From assembly GCA_027923505.1 (NCBI GenBank), contig BROI01000030.1, positions 248,001 through 303,049 of the forward strand: DNA of 55,049 nt, given 5' to 3'. The position numbers and the translations under genes are program-made. Shown here in pieces: positions 35,434-49,200 of the stretch. Source of the DNA: Mayamaea pseudoterrestris. Its lineage: Eukaryota. The notes beneath the pieces are model-generated. The model saw only the letters and a program-made list of their open reading frames with translations, made no database searches and was not told the origin of the DNA. The first letter of the stretch is position 1; each line of letters starts with the position of its first letter.

Positions 35434-38400
35434 TGGGTTGTTGGGTGATCAGGGGATGGGGCATTGTAGTGGTGATTCCATAATTTTAAGGGTGTTGGCC
35501 ACACATTTTGCAGATAATTGTAGGCCTCCCAGGCAGTCGTTTGCACCCTTTCAGCCCATCCTCATGTCAATGGCACACCTGGACATGTTTGCCTGACTCA
35601 TTGGGTTGTTAGGTGGCCATGGCATGGGTCAGCCCATCCTCATGTCCAATGGCACACTGGACTTGTGTTTCTGACTCATTGGGTTGTTGGGTGTAGGGCA
35701 TGGGGCATTGCAGTGTTATGATTCCATAATTTGGGAGTGTTGGCCACACCCATCTTGTAGACCATTCCCATGCTGTAGGCCTAGGCGATCCGTTTTGTAC
35801 CATGTTAGACCATCCTCATGTCAATGGCACACCCTGGACATGTTTTGCATGACTCATTGGGTTGTTGGGTGATCAGGGACGAGGAGCATTGTAGTGGTAT
35901 GATTCCATAATTTGCGGTGTTGGCCACACCCATTTTGCAGACGGTTTAGGCCTGCAGGCAGTCAGTTTTGCACCATTTCAGCCCATCCTCATGTCAATGG
36001 CACCCTGGACATGTTTTGCCTGACTCATTGGGTTTGTTTGGGTGGCCAGGGCATGGGGGCATTGTAGTGGTATGATTCCATAATTTGGGGTGTTTTACAT
36101 ACATCTTGTAGACCATTCCATGCTGTAGGCCTCCAGGCAGTCCGTTTTGTACCATGTCAGACCATCCTCATGTCAATAGCACACCCTGGACATGTTTTGC
36201 ATAACTCATTGGGTATTTGGGTGATCAGGGGACGGGGCATTGTAGTGGTATGATTCCCTGAATTTCTTGATTGTTGGCCACACCATTTTGCAGATCGGTG
36301 TAGGCCTCCAGGCAGTCCGTTTCTCATTTCAGCCCATCCTCATGTCAATGGCACACACCGATATTTTGCCTGCTCATTGGGTTGTTGGGTGTGGGGCATG
36401 TAGGGCATTGTAGTGGTATGATTCCATAATTTGGGGTGTTGGCCACACCCATCTTGTAGACCATTCCATGCTGTAGGCCTCCAGGCAGTCCGTTTGTACC
36501 ATGTCAGACCATCCTCGCCACAATGGCACACCCTGGACATGGTTTGCATGACTCATTGGGTTGGTGGGTGATCGGGGGCGGGGGCATTGTAGTGGTATGA
36601 TTCCATAATTTGAGGTGTTAGCCACACCATGGTGTAGGCGCCCGGGCGGTCCGTTTTGCACCATTTGGCCATCCTCATGTCAATGGCACACCCTGGACAT
36701 GTTTTGCCTGACTCATTGGGTTGTTGGGTGGCCAGGGCATGGGAGCATGATGATTATAATTTAGGGTGTTAGCCATACCATTCCCTTAGCCTAGGCAGTC
36801 CGTTTTGTACCATGTCAGACCATCCTCATGTCAATGGCACACCCTGGACATAGTTTGCATGACTCATTGGGTTGTTGGGTGATCGGGGGCCCAGGGCATT
36901 GTAGTGGTATGATTCCATAATTTAACGGTGTTGGCCACCCATTTTGCAGATGGTGTAGGCCTCCAGGCGATCCGTTTGCACCATTTCTGACCATCCTCAT
37001 GTCAATGGCACACCCTGGACATGTTTGCCCTGACTTCATTGGGTTGTTGTGGCCAGGGAACGCCAGGGCATTGTAGTGGTATGATTCCATAATTTGGGGT
37101 GTTAGCCACACTTACATCTTGTAGACCATTCCATGCTGTAGGCCTAGGCAGTCCGTTTTGTACCATGTCAGACCATCCTCATGTCAATGGCCCCCTGGAC
37201 ATGTTTTGCATGACTCATTGGGTTGTTGGGTGATCAGGGACGGGAGCATTGTAGTGGTATGATTCCATAATTTGCGGTGTTGGCCACACCCATTTGCAGA
37301 TGGTGCAAACTAGGCAATCCATTTTTTCAGCCCATCCTCATGTCAATGGCACACCCTGGACATGTTTGCCTGTTGGGTTGTTGTGGCCAGGGCATACAGG
37401 GCATTGTAGTGGTATGATTCCATAATTTGAGGTGTGGCCACACCCATCTTGCCATTCCATACTAGCAAGGCACCCAGGCAGTCCGTTTGTAATGTCAGAC
37501 CATCCTCATGTCAATGGCACACCCTGGACATGTTTTGCATGACTCTATTTGGGTTGTTGGGTGATCAGGGACGGGGCATTGTAGTGGTATGATTCCAGGA
37601 ATGGTCTTTTATGGTGTGAGCCTCCAAACAGTCCGTTTTTGTTCAGCCCATCCTCATGTCAATGGCACACCCTGGACATGTTTGCTAACTCAGGTTGTTG
37701 TGCTGGGGCATGGGAACGCATTATGGTAGAGTATGATTATAATTTGGGTGTTGGCCACACCCATCTTGTAGATATTTCCATAGGCCTAGGCAGTCCGTTT
37801 TTTGTACCATGTCAGACCATCCTCATGTCAATAGCACCCTGGACATGTTTTTGTATGACTCATTGGGTTGTTGGGTGATCAGGAATGGGGCATTGTAGTG
37901 GTATGATTCCATAATTTGCGGTGTTGGCCCACACCCACGATGGTTGGCCTCCCGGGCGATCCGTTTGCACCATTTCAGTCATGCTCTGGCACACCCTGGA
38001 CATGTTTTGCTCTGTGGGGCAAGGGCATAAGGGCATTGTAGTGGTATGATTCCATAATTTGTGTTGGCCACAATCTTGTAGGCTCCATTCCCATGCTGGC
38101 TTAAGGCCCTCAGAGGCAGTCCGTTTTGTACCATGCACTCATGTCAATGGCACACCCTGGACATGTTTGCATGACTCATTGGGTTGTTGGGTGATCAGGG
38201 GACGGGGCATTGTATTGATATGATTCCTGCATTGGGTGTTGGCCCACACACCCATTTTGCAGAATGGTAGCAGGCCTCCAGGCAGTCCGTTGCACCATTT
38301 CAGCATCCTCATATAGACACACCAGGTGTGTTTGCTGACTTCAGCTGGGTTTTTGGGTGGCCAGGGCATGGGCATTGTAGTGATATGATTCCATAATTTG

Positions 38401-41400
38401 GGGTGTTGGCCACACCCATCTTGTAGACACCATTCCATGCTGTAGGCCTCCCAGGCAGTCAACGTTTTTTGTACCATGTAGACCACTCTCTCATGTCAAT
38501 GGCACACCACAATTGTATTTTGCGTGACTCATTGGGTTGTTGGTGATCAGGGGCGAGGGCATTGTGGTGGTTCCCATGAAATTTGGGGTGTTGGCCACAC
38601 CAATTTGCAGAAAGATAATTGTGGCCTCCACAGGCAGTCCGTTTGTACCATTTCAGCCCATCCTCATGTCAATAGCACATCCTGGACATGTTTAGCTATT
38701 CATTGGGTTGTTGGGTGGCCAGGGCATGGGAGCTTTGTAGTGGTAGCTGATTCCATAATTTGGTTGGCCACACCCATCTTGTAGACCATTCCATGCTGCT
38801 GAGGCCTCAGGCAGTCCGTTTTGTACCATGTCAGACCATCCTCATGTCAATCAATGGCACACCCCTGAACATGTTTTGCATGACTCATTGGAGTATTTGG
38901 GTGATCAGCGGCATTGTAATGAGTATGATTATAATTTGGGGTGTTGGCCAATCAGATGGTGTAGGCCTCTAGGCAGTCCGTTTGCAACATTTCAGCCCAT
39001 CACTCATGTCAGCAGCACACCCCTGGAAATGTTTGCCCTGACTCATTGGGTTGTTGGGTGGCCAGGGCATAGGGCATTGGTAGTATGATTCCATAATTTG
39101 GGGTGGCCACACCCATCTTGCCAGAAAATTCAGTACTGTGAAGCGCATAGGCAGTCCGTTTGTACCATGTCAGACCATCCTCATCAATGGCACACCCTGG
39201 ACATGTTTTGCATGACTCATTGGGTTGTTGGGTGATCAGGGGCCAGGCATTGTAGTGGTATGAATCCATAATTTGTGAGGTGTTAGCCACACATTTGCAG
39301 ATAGTGTAGGCCTCCACGACAGTCCGTTTGCACCATTCGGCCATCCTCATGTCAGTAACACACCCTGGACATATTTTACGCTTCATGGACAGAATTTGCG
39401 GTGTGGCCAGGGTATGGGAGGCATTACCGTGATATAGTTTAGTGGTGGGACACCATATAGTCATTCCCATACTGCCCGAGCCTATCCCACCTCGTTTTTT
39501 TTCACTCCAGGCCCATGTGCACTCACTTTTTGTCAGCTGGCACACCCTGGACATGTTTTGCATGACTCATTGGGTTGTTGGGTGATCAGGGACGGGGCAT
39601 TGTAGTGGTATGATTCCATAATTTGGGGTGTTGGCCCCCCTGAATTGTGAGCCTCCAGGCAGTCAAGGACTTTTTCTTTTTTCATTTTCAGCCCATCCTC
39701 ATGGCATCCAATGGCACACCTGGACACATGTTTGCCTGGCTCATTGGGTTGTTGGGTGGCCAGGGCATGGGGCATTGTAGTGGTATGATTCCATAATTTG
39801 GGGTGTTTGTATCCACACCCATCTTGTAGACCATTCATGCTCGCCAGGCCTCCAGGGCGTCTACCGTTTTGTACCATGTCAGACCATCCTCAAAGCTATC
39901 CAATGGCACACCCTGGACATGTTTTGCATGACTCATTAAGGTTGTTAGGGTGATCAGGGGCGGGGCATTATTTGTAGTATGATTCCACTTAATTTGGGGT
40001 GTTGGCCACACCCATTTTGCTAGACATTCAGGCCTCCGTGTCCATCCTCTCAATGTCAACTGGCACACCCTGGACATGTTTTGCCTCTCTTTATTGGGTT
40101 GTTGGTGGCGAGGGCATGGGGCATTGTAGTGGTATGGAGTCCATAGAGCGAAGAAGAGTGTTGGGGTGTTGGCCACCACGTTTTTGTATTTCATGCTGTA
40201 GGCCAGGCGTCGTCATTTGTACCATAGTCAGACCATCCTCATGTCAGTGGCACACCCACACGGACATGTGTTGCATGAAACTCATTGGGTTGTTGGGTGA
40301 TCCCGGGACGGGGCATTGGTGTGGTTGTTCCATAATTTGGGGTGTTGTTCACACCTTTTGCAGATGGTGTAGGCCTCCGGGCAGATCGTTTGCACCTCAG
40401 CCCATCCTCCATGTCACCGGCACACCCTGGACATGTTTGGCCCGCAGCTCATTGGGTTGTTGGGGCCCAGGGCGCGGGGCATTGCTGGTGGTATGATTCC
40501 ACAATTGTTGGGGGTGTTGGCCACCCCATCTTGTACGGCGACCATTCCATGCTGGCGCTCCAGGCGGTCCTGTTTCTGTCTGTCCAGAACTAGCCCTCGT
40601 CAATGTTTCACCCTGGACATGTTTTGCAGTGACTCATTGGGTTGTTGGGTGATCAGGGGACGGGGCATTTGCTGGTGGTATGATTCCACTGAACAGGTGT
40701 TGAGAAGCCACACCCCCATTTTGGGTAAGGGTAAGCCTCCAGGCAGTCGTTTTGCCCTGCCCATCCCTGCTTCGTGACCCCGGACATGTTTTGCCTTTCC
40801 GCTCATTGGGTTGTTGGGGGCGCGGGGCATGGGGCATGTCGGTTGTTCCTATTTGGGGTGTCCACACCCATCTGTGAACCATTCCATGCTGTAGGCCTCA
40901 GGCGGTCGTTTTGCCTCCAGCTGTCAGCCATCCTCCCCTGGGCCTGGACATTTTGCATGACTCATTGGGGTTTGGGAGGGCATTGTGGTGGTATGATTCC
41001 ATAATTTGGGTGTTGCATTTAGCCCTTTGCATGCTTGTGTCCGGGCTCAGATGATCAGTTTTGCACCAGTTCAGCCCTCTCTGGGCACACCCTGGACTAT
41101 TTTGCCTGACTCCGTGGGTTGTTGGGTGTCAGGGCCGAGCGGGTCATTTGGTGTGTTCCATAATTTGGGGGTGTTGGCCACCATGCGCCGGCGATGGTCC
41201 TTTGCTTTTCAGCAGTCCGTTTTGCACCATTCACCCATCTCTCCTTGTCGTCCCCTGTTCTTTTTGGGTTTGGGTGGCCGGTGAGGCATTGTGTGGTATG
41301 ATTCAATGGTTGGGGTGTTGGCCCACCCATCTTGTAAGGCTCCAGGCAGTCGTTCACCATTTCAGCCCATCCTCGTCTGGCCACCCTGGACATGTTTTGC

Positions 41401-43070
41401 CTGACTCATTGGTTGTTGGGTGGCGGGGGCGGGGGCAGTGTGTGGTATGATTCCGCCAATTTGGCGTGTTGGCACCCCATTTTGCGCCTTGTGTAGGCCT
41501 CCAGGCGGTCCCGTTTTTGCACCATGTCGGCCCATCTCATGTCATGGCACACCCTGGACCTGTTTTGCCTGACTCATTGGGTTGTTGGGTGTCAGGGGAC
41601 GGGGCATTGTGATGTTATGATTTCCATATTGGGGGCCCTGCCACTCATTGGGTTAGGTGATCAGGGGCGGGGCATTATGGTGGTATGATTCCGCAATTTG
41701 CGGTGTTGGCCCGGCCTCCAGGCGATCCGTTTTGCACCATTTCCCATCCTCATGTCAATGGCACACCCTGGACATGTTTTGCCTGACTCATTGGGTTGTT
41801 GGGTGGCCAGAGGCATGGGGCATTGTGTGGTATGATTCCATAATTTGGGGTGGTTGCCACACCCGTTTTGTGGCTTCATGCTGTAAGGCTCCAGGCAGTC
41901 CGTTTTTGCACCATGTCAGCCCATCCTCATGTCATATGGCACCCTGGACATGTTTTGCGACTCATTGGGTTGTTGGGTGATCAGGCGGGGCGATTGTGTG
42001 GTATGATTCCATAATTTGGGGTGTTGGCCCCACCCATTTTACGAATGGTGTAGGCCTCGCAGGCGATCCGTTTTGCACCATTCTCATCCTCATGTCATGG
42101 CACACCCTGGACGTGTTTTCCTGACTCATTGGGTTGTTGGGTGGCCAGGGCATGGGGCATTAGTGAGTATGATTCCATAATTGGGGTGTTGGCCACACCC
42201 ATCTTGTAGACTCCATTCCATGCTGTAGGCCTCCAGGTAGTCCGTTTTGCCATGTCAGACCATCCTCATGTGTGCACCCTGGACATGTTTTGCCTTGACT
42301 CATTGGGTTGTTGGGTGATCCAGGGGATGGGGGCATTTGTAGTGGTATGATTCCATAATTTGCGGTCTTGGCCGCACCCATTTTGCAATGGTGGTGTAGG
42401 CCTCCAGTCGAGTCCCGTTTTGCCCATTCAAGCCCATCCTCATGTCAATGGCACACCCTGGACATGTTTTGCCTGACTCATTGGGTTGTTGGGTGGCCAG
42501 GGCAGAGCATTGTGTGGTATGATTATAATTTGGGAGTGTTAGCCACACCCATCTTGTAGACCATTCCATGCTGTAGCCTTTAGGCAGTCCGTTTTGTACC
42601 ATGTCAGACCATCCTCATCCCAATGGCACACCCTGGACATGTTTGACTCATTGGGTTGTTGGGTGATCAGGGGGCGGGGTATTGTAGTGGTATGATTCCA
42701 TAATTTGGGGTGGTGGCCACACCCATTTTGCAGATAGTGAGGCCTCAATCAGTCGTTTTTGCACCATTTCAGCCCATCCTCATGTCAATGGCACACCCTG
42801 GACATGTTTTGCCTGACTCATTGGAGTTGTTGGGGCCAGGGCATGGGGGCATTGTAGTGGTATGATTCCATAATTTAGGGTGTTGTGGTATACCCATCTT
42901 GTAGACCCTTCCATGCTGTAGACTAGGTTTTGTACCATGTCAGCCATCCTCATGTCAATGGCACACACTGGACATATATATTGCATGACTCATTGGAGTT
43001 GTTGGGTGATCAGGGGCGGGGCATTGTAGTGGTATGATTCCATAATTTGGGGTGTTGGCCACACCCATTT
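35434..43070 (+). repeat. Satellite B, degraded/noisy array (~21 dimers)
   Basis: Same alternating monomers and orientation as 17,857-23,580, but with dense small indels throughout. Confidence 0.95.
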
Positions 43071-43072
43071 AG

Positions 43073-46000
43073 GAGACTGGTGACAAGTTGTCACCAATAT
43101 CCCGTCCTTAAACACTAGCCGCATACCAGCTTGTAGCGCAGCCTGAATAATGATGTTGGCACCAATCTGGTGTCATTTGGGATATTCATGGCCTGTGTAA
43201 AGGCGTTTGAATGTCACGCGGCATCTGAAGGTGATGATTGGTGACAAGTTGTCACCATGTCATTGCTGTCCCCTGAGACATTAGCCAGGCATACCATCTT
43301 GTAGCGCAGCCTGAATAATGATGTTGGCACCATTCTGGTGTTTTGCGCCTACAGGGCCTGATGTTGGGTGATCACGGCATCTGCGGGCTGAGACTGGTGA
43401 CAAGTTGTCATCAATATCATTGCCGTCCCCTGAGACACGAGCCAGGCATACCAGCTTGTAGCGCAGCCTGAATAATGATGTTGGCACCATTCTGGTGTCA
43501 TTTGGGTATATTCATGGCCTGCTGTAAAGGCGTTTGAATGTCACGGCATCTGAAGGCTGAGACTGGTGACAAGTTGTCACCAATGTCATTGCTGTCCCCT
43601 GAGACACTAGCCAGGCATACCATCTTGTAGCGCAGCTTGAATAATGATGTTGGCAATTTTCTGGTGACATTTGGGTATACACATGGCCTGCTGTAGGGGC
43701 GTTTGAATGCCACGGCATCTGCAGGCTGAGACTGGTGACAAGTTGTCACCAATATCATTGCCATCCCCTGGGACACTAGCCAGGTATACCATCTTGTTGC
43801 GCAGCCTGGATAATGATGTTGGCACAATTCTGGTGTCATTTGGGTGTATACATGGCCTGCTGTAGGGGTGTTTGAATGTCATGGCATCTGCAGGCTGAGA
43901 CTGGTGACAAGTTGTCACCAATATCATTGCCGTCCCCTGAGACACAAGCCAGGCATACCATCTTGTTGCTCAGCCTGAATAATGATGTTGGCACCATTCT
44001 GGTGTCATTTGGGTGTATACATGGCCTGCTGTAAGGGCGTTTGAATGTCACGGCATCTGCAGGCTGAGACTGGTGACAAGTTGTCACCAATATCATTGCC
44101 GTCCCCTGAGACACTAGCCAGGCATACCATCTTGTAGCGCAGCCTGAATAATGATGTTGGCACCATTCTGGTGTCATTTGGGTATATTCATGGCCTGCTG
44201 TAAAGGCGTTTGAATGTCACGGCATCTGAAGGCTGAGACTGGTGACAAGTTGTCACCAATGTCATTGCTGTCCCCTGAGACACTAGCCAGGCATACCATC
44301 TTGTAGCGCAGCCTGAATAATGATGATGGCACCAATCTGGTGTCATTTGGGTATATTCATGGCCTGCTGTAGGGGCGTTTGAATGTCACAGCGCATCCCG
44401 GGCTGAGACTGGTGACAAGTTGTCACCAATATCATTGCTGTCCCCTGAGACAATAGCTAGGCATACCATCTTGTAGCGCAGCCTGAATAATGATGTTGCC
44501 ACCATTCCAGTGTCAATTGGGTGTATACATAGCCTGCTGTAGGGGCATTTGAATGTCACGGCATCTGCAGGCTGAGACTGGTGACAAGTTGTCACCAATA
44601 TCATTACCGTCCCCTGAGACACTAGCCAGGCATACCATCTTGTTGTGCAGCCTGAATAATGATGTTGGCAATATTCTGGTGTATTTTGGGCACCTACAGG
44701 GCCTGCTGTAGGGGCGTTTGAATGTCACGGCATCTGCAGGCTGAGACTGGTGACAAGTTGTCACCAATATCATTGCCGTCCCCTGAGACACTAGCCAGGC
44801 ATACCATCTTGTTGCTCAGCCTGAATAATGATGTTGGCACCATTCTGGTGTCATTTGGGTGTATACATGGCCTGCTGTAGGGGCGTTTGAATGTCACGGC
44901 TTTTGCAGGCTGAGACTGGTGACAAGTTGTCACCAATATCATTGCCATCCCCTGAGACACTAGCCAGGTTAACCATCTTGTTGCGCAGCCTGAATAATGA
45001 TGTTGGCACCATTCTGGTGTCATTTGGGTGTATACATGGCCTGTTGTAGGGGCGTTTGAATGTCATGGCATCTGCGGGCTGAGATTGGTGACAAGTTGTC
45101 ACCAATATCATTGCCATCCCCTGAGACACTAACCAGGCATACCATCTTGTAGCGCAGCCTGAGTAATGATGTTGGCACCATTCTGGTGTCATTTGGTTGT
45201 ACATGGCCTGCTGTAGGGGCGTTTTGAATGTCACGGCATCTGCAGGCTGAGACTGGTGACAAGTTGTCACCAATATCATTACCGTCCCCTGAGACACTAG
45301 CCAGGCATACCATCTTGTAGCGCAGCCTGAATACTGATGTTGGCAATATTCTGGTGTATTTTGGGCACCTACAGGGCCTGCTGTAGGGGCGTTTGAATGT
45401 CACGGCATCTGCAGGCTGAGACTGGTGACAAGTTGTCACCAATATCATTGCCGTCCCCTGAGACACTAGCCAGGCATACCATCGTGTTGCTCAGCCTGAA
45501 TAATGACGTTGGCACCATTCTGGTGTCATTTTGGGTGTATACATGCCTGCTGTAAGGCGTTTGAATGTCATGGCATCTGTAGGCTGACACTGGTGACAAG
45601 TTGTCACCAATATTATTACCGTCCCCTGAGACACTAGCCAGGCATACCATCTTGTTGAGCAGCCTGAATAATGATGTTGGCACCATTCTGATGTCATTTG
45701 GGTGTATTAAATGCCTGCTGTAGGGGCGTTTGAATGTCACGGCATCTGCAGGCTGAGACTGGTGACAAGTTGTCACCAATATCATTGCCGTCTCCTGAGA
45801 CACCAGCCAAGCCTACCATCTTGTAGCGCAGCTTGTTAATAATGTTGGACACCAGTCTGGTGTGATTTGGGCACCCTACAGGGCTTGCTGTAGGTGCGTT
45901 TAATGTCCGCATCTGCGGGCTGAGACTGGTGACAAGTTGTCACCAAATACATTGCCATGCCCTGAGACACCAGTCACCAAACCAACTTGTAGCGCAGCCA

Positions 46001-46212
46001 CAATAATAATGGTGGCACCATTGCGGGTATTTTTGGGCACCTACAGGGTCCTGTGGGCTTGAATGTCAGTCATCTGCGGGCGGCGACGGTGACAAGTTGT
46101 CACCAATATCATTGCCATGCCCTGAGACACCAGCCAAGCCTACCATCTTGTAGCGCAGCCTGAATAATGATGTTAGCACCATTCTGGTGTCATTTGGGTA
46201 TATACATGGCCT
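43073..46212 (+). repeat. Satellite A (A2-like, with A1-like monomers at the right end), forward orientation, ~18 monomers; left arm of an inverted repeat
   Basis: 169-bp period. Private variants (gtattaaatgcc, atactgatg, gttgccaccattccag, catctgaaggct) are mirrored at 51.4-54.5 kb. Confidence 0.95.
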
Positions 46213-46225
46213 AGTTAGGGTTAGG

Positions 46226-49200
46226 TTGGGTTGTTGGGTGATCAGGGGACGGGACATTGTAGTGGTATGATTCCTTAATTTGGGGTGTTGGCCACACCCG
46301 TTTTGCAGATGGTGTAGGCCTTGCAGGCAGTCCGTTTTGCACCATTTCAGCCCATCCTCATGTCAATGGCACACCCTGGACATGTTTTGCCTGACTCATT
46401 GGGTTGTTGGGTGGCCAGGGCATGGGGCATTGTAGTGGTATGATTCCATAATTTGGGGTGTTGGCCATACCCATCTTGTAGACCATTCCATGCTGTAGGC
46501 CTCCAGGCAGTCCGTTTTGCACCATTTCTGCCCATCCTCATGTCAATGGCACACCCTGGACATGTTTTGCCTGACTCATTGGGTTGTTGGGTGGCCAGAG
46601 CATGGGGCATTGTAGTGGTATGATTCCATAATTTGGGGTGTTGGCCACACCCATCTTGTAGACCATTCCATGCTGTAGGCCACCAGGCAGTCCGTTTTGT
46701 ACCATGTCAGACCATCCTCGTGTCAGTGGCACACCCTGGACATGTTTTGCATGACTCATTGGGTTGTTGGGTGATCAGGGAACGGGGCATTGTAGTGGTA
46801 TGATTCCATAATTTGGGGTGTTGGCCACACCCGTTTTGCAGATGGTGTAGGCCTTCCAGTCCGTTTTGCACCATTTCAGCCCATCCTCCTGTCAGTGGCA
46901 CACCCTGGACATGTTTTGCCTGACTCATTGGGTTGTTGGGTGGCCAGGGCATGGGGCATTGTAGTGGTATGATTCCATAATTTGGGGTGTTGGCCACACC
47001 CATCTTGTGGACCATTCCATGCTGTAGGCCTCCAGGCAGTCCGTTTGCACCATGTCAGACCATCCTCATGTCATTGGCACACCCTGGACATGTTTTGCAT
47101 GACTCGTTGGGTTGTTGGGTGATCAGGGATGGGGCATTGTAGTGGTATGATTCCATAATTTGGGGTGTTGGCCACACCCATTTTGCATGGAATGGTGTAG
47201 GCCTCCAGGCAGTCCGTTTTGCACCATTTCAGCCCATCCTCATGTCAACGGCACACCCTGGACATGTTTTGCTGCTCATTGGGTTGTTGGGTGGCCAGGG
47301 ATGGGGCATTGTAGTGGTATGATTCCATAATTTGCGGTGTTGGCCACACCCATTTTGCAGATGGTGTAGGCATCCAGGCAGTCCATTTTGCACCATTTCA
47401 GCCCATCCTCATGTCAATGGCACACCCTGGACATGTTTTGCATGACTCATTGGGTTGTTGGGTGGCCAGGGCATGGGGCATTGTAGTGGTATGATTCCAT
47501 AATTTGGGGTGTTGGCCACACCCATCTTGTAGAAAAATTCCATGCTGTAAGCGTCTAGGCCGTCACGTTTGTACCATGTCAGACCATCCTCATGTCAATG
47601 GCACACCCTGGACATGTTTTGCATGACTCATTGGGTTGTTGGGTGATCAGGGGATGGGGCATTGTAGTGGTATGATTCCATATTTTGGGGTGTTGGCCAC
47701 ACCCATCTTGTAGACCATTCCATGCTGTAGGCCTCCAGGCAGTCCGTTTTGTACCATGTCAGACCATCCTCATGTCAATGGCACACCCTGGACATGTTTT
47801 GCATGACTCATTGGGTTGTTGGGTGATCAGGGGACGGGGCATTGTAGTGGTATGATTCCATAATTTGCGGTGTTGGCCACACCCATCTTGTAGACCATTC
47901 CATGCTGTAGGTCTCCAGGCAGTCCGTTTTGTACCATGTCAGACCATCCTCATGTCCATGGCACACCCTGGACATGTTTTGCCTGACTCATTGGGTTGTT
48001 GGGTGGCCAGGGCATGGGGCATTGTAGTGGTATGAGTCCATAATTTGGGGTGTTGGCCACACCCATTTTGCAGATGGTGTAGGCCTCCAGGCAGTCCGTT
48101 TTGCACCATGTCAGCCCATCCTCATGTCCATGGCACACCCTGGACATGTTTTGCCTGACTCATTGGGTTGTTGGGTGGCCAGGGCATGGGGCATTGTAGT
48201 GGTATGATTCCATAATTTGGGGTGTTGGCCACACCCATCTTGTAGACCATTCCATGCTGTAGGCCTCCAGGCAGTCCGTTTTGTACCATGTCAGACCATC
48301 CATCCTCATGTCAATGGCACACCCTGGACATGTTTTGCATGACTCATTGGGTTGTTGGGTGATCAGGGGACGGGGCATTGTAGTGGTATGATTCCATAAT
48401 TTGCGGTGTTGGCCACACCCATTTTGCAGATGGTGTAGGCCTCCAGGCAGTCCGTTTTGCACCATTTCAGCCCATTCTCATGTCAATGGCACACCCTGGA
48501 CATGTTTTGCCTGACTCATTGGGTTGTTGGGTGGCCAGGGCATGGGGCATTGTAGTGGTATGATTCCATAATTTGGGGTGTTGGCCACACCCATGTTGTA
48601 GACCATTCCATGCTGTAGGCCTCCAGGCAGTCCGTGTTGTACCATGTCAGACCATCCTCATGTCAATGGCACACCCTGGACATGTTTTGCATGACTCATT
48701 GGGTTGTTGGGTGATCAGGGGACGGGGCATTGTAGTGGTATGATTCCATAATTTGCGGTGTTGGCCACACCAATTTTGCAGATGGTGTAGGCCTCCAGGC
48801 AGTCCGTTTTGCACCATTTCAGCCCATCCTCATGTCAATGGCACACCCTGGACATGTTTTGCCTGACTCATTGGGTTGTTGGGTGGCTAGGGCATGGGGC
48901 ATTGTAGTGGTATGATTCCATAATTTGGGGTGGCTACACCAATCTTGTAGACCATTCCATGCTGTAGGCCTCCAGGCAGTCCGTTTTGTACCATGCCAGA
49001 CCATCCTCATGTCAATGGCACACCCTGGACATGTTTTGCATGACTCATTGGGTTGTTGGGTGATCAAAGGACGGGCATTGTAGTGGTATGATTCCATAAT
49101 TTGGGGTGTTGGCCACACCCATTTGCAGATGGTGTAGGCCTCCAGGCAGTCCGTTTTGCACCATTTCAGCCCATCCTCATGTCAATGGCACACCCTGGAC

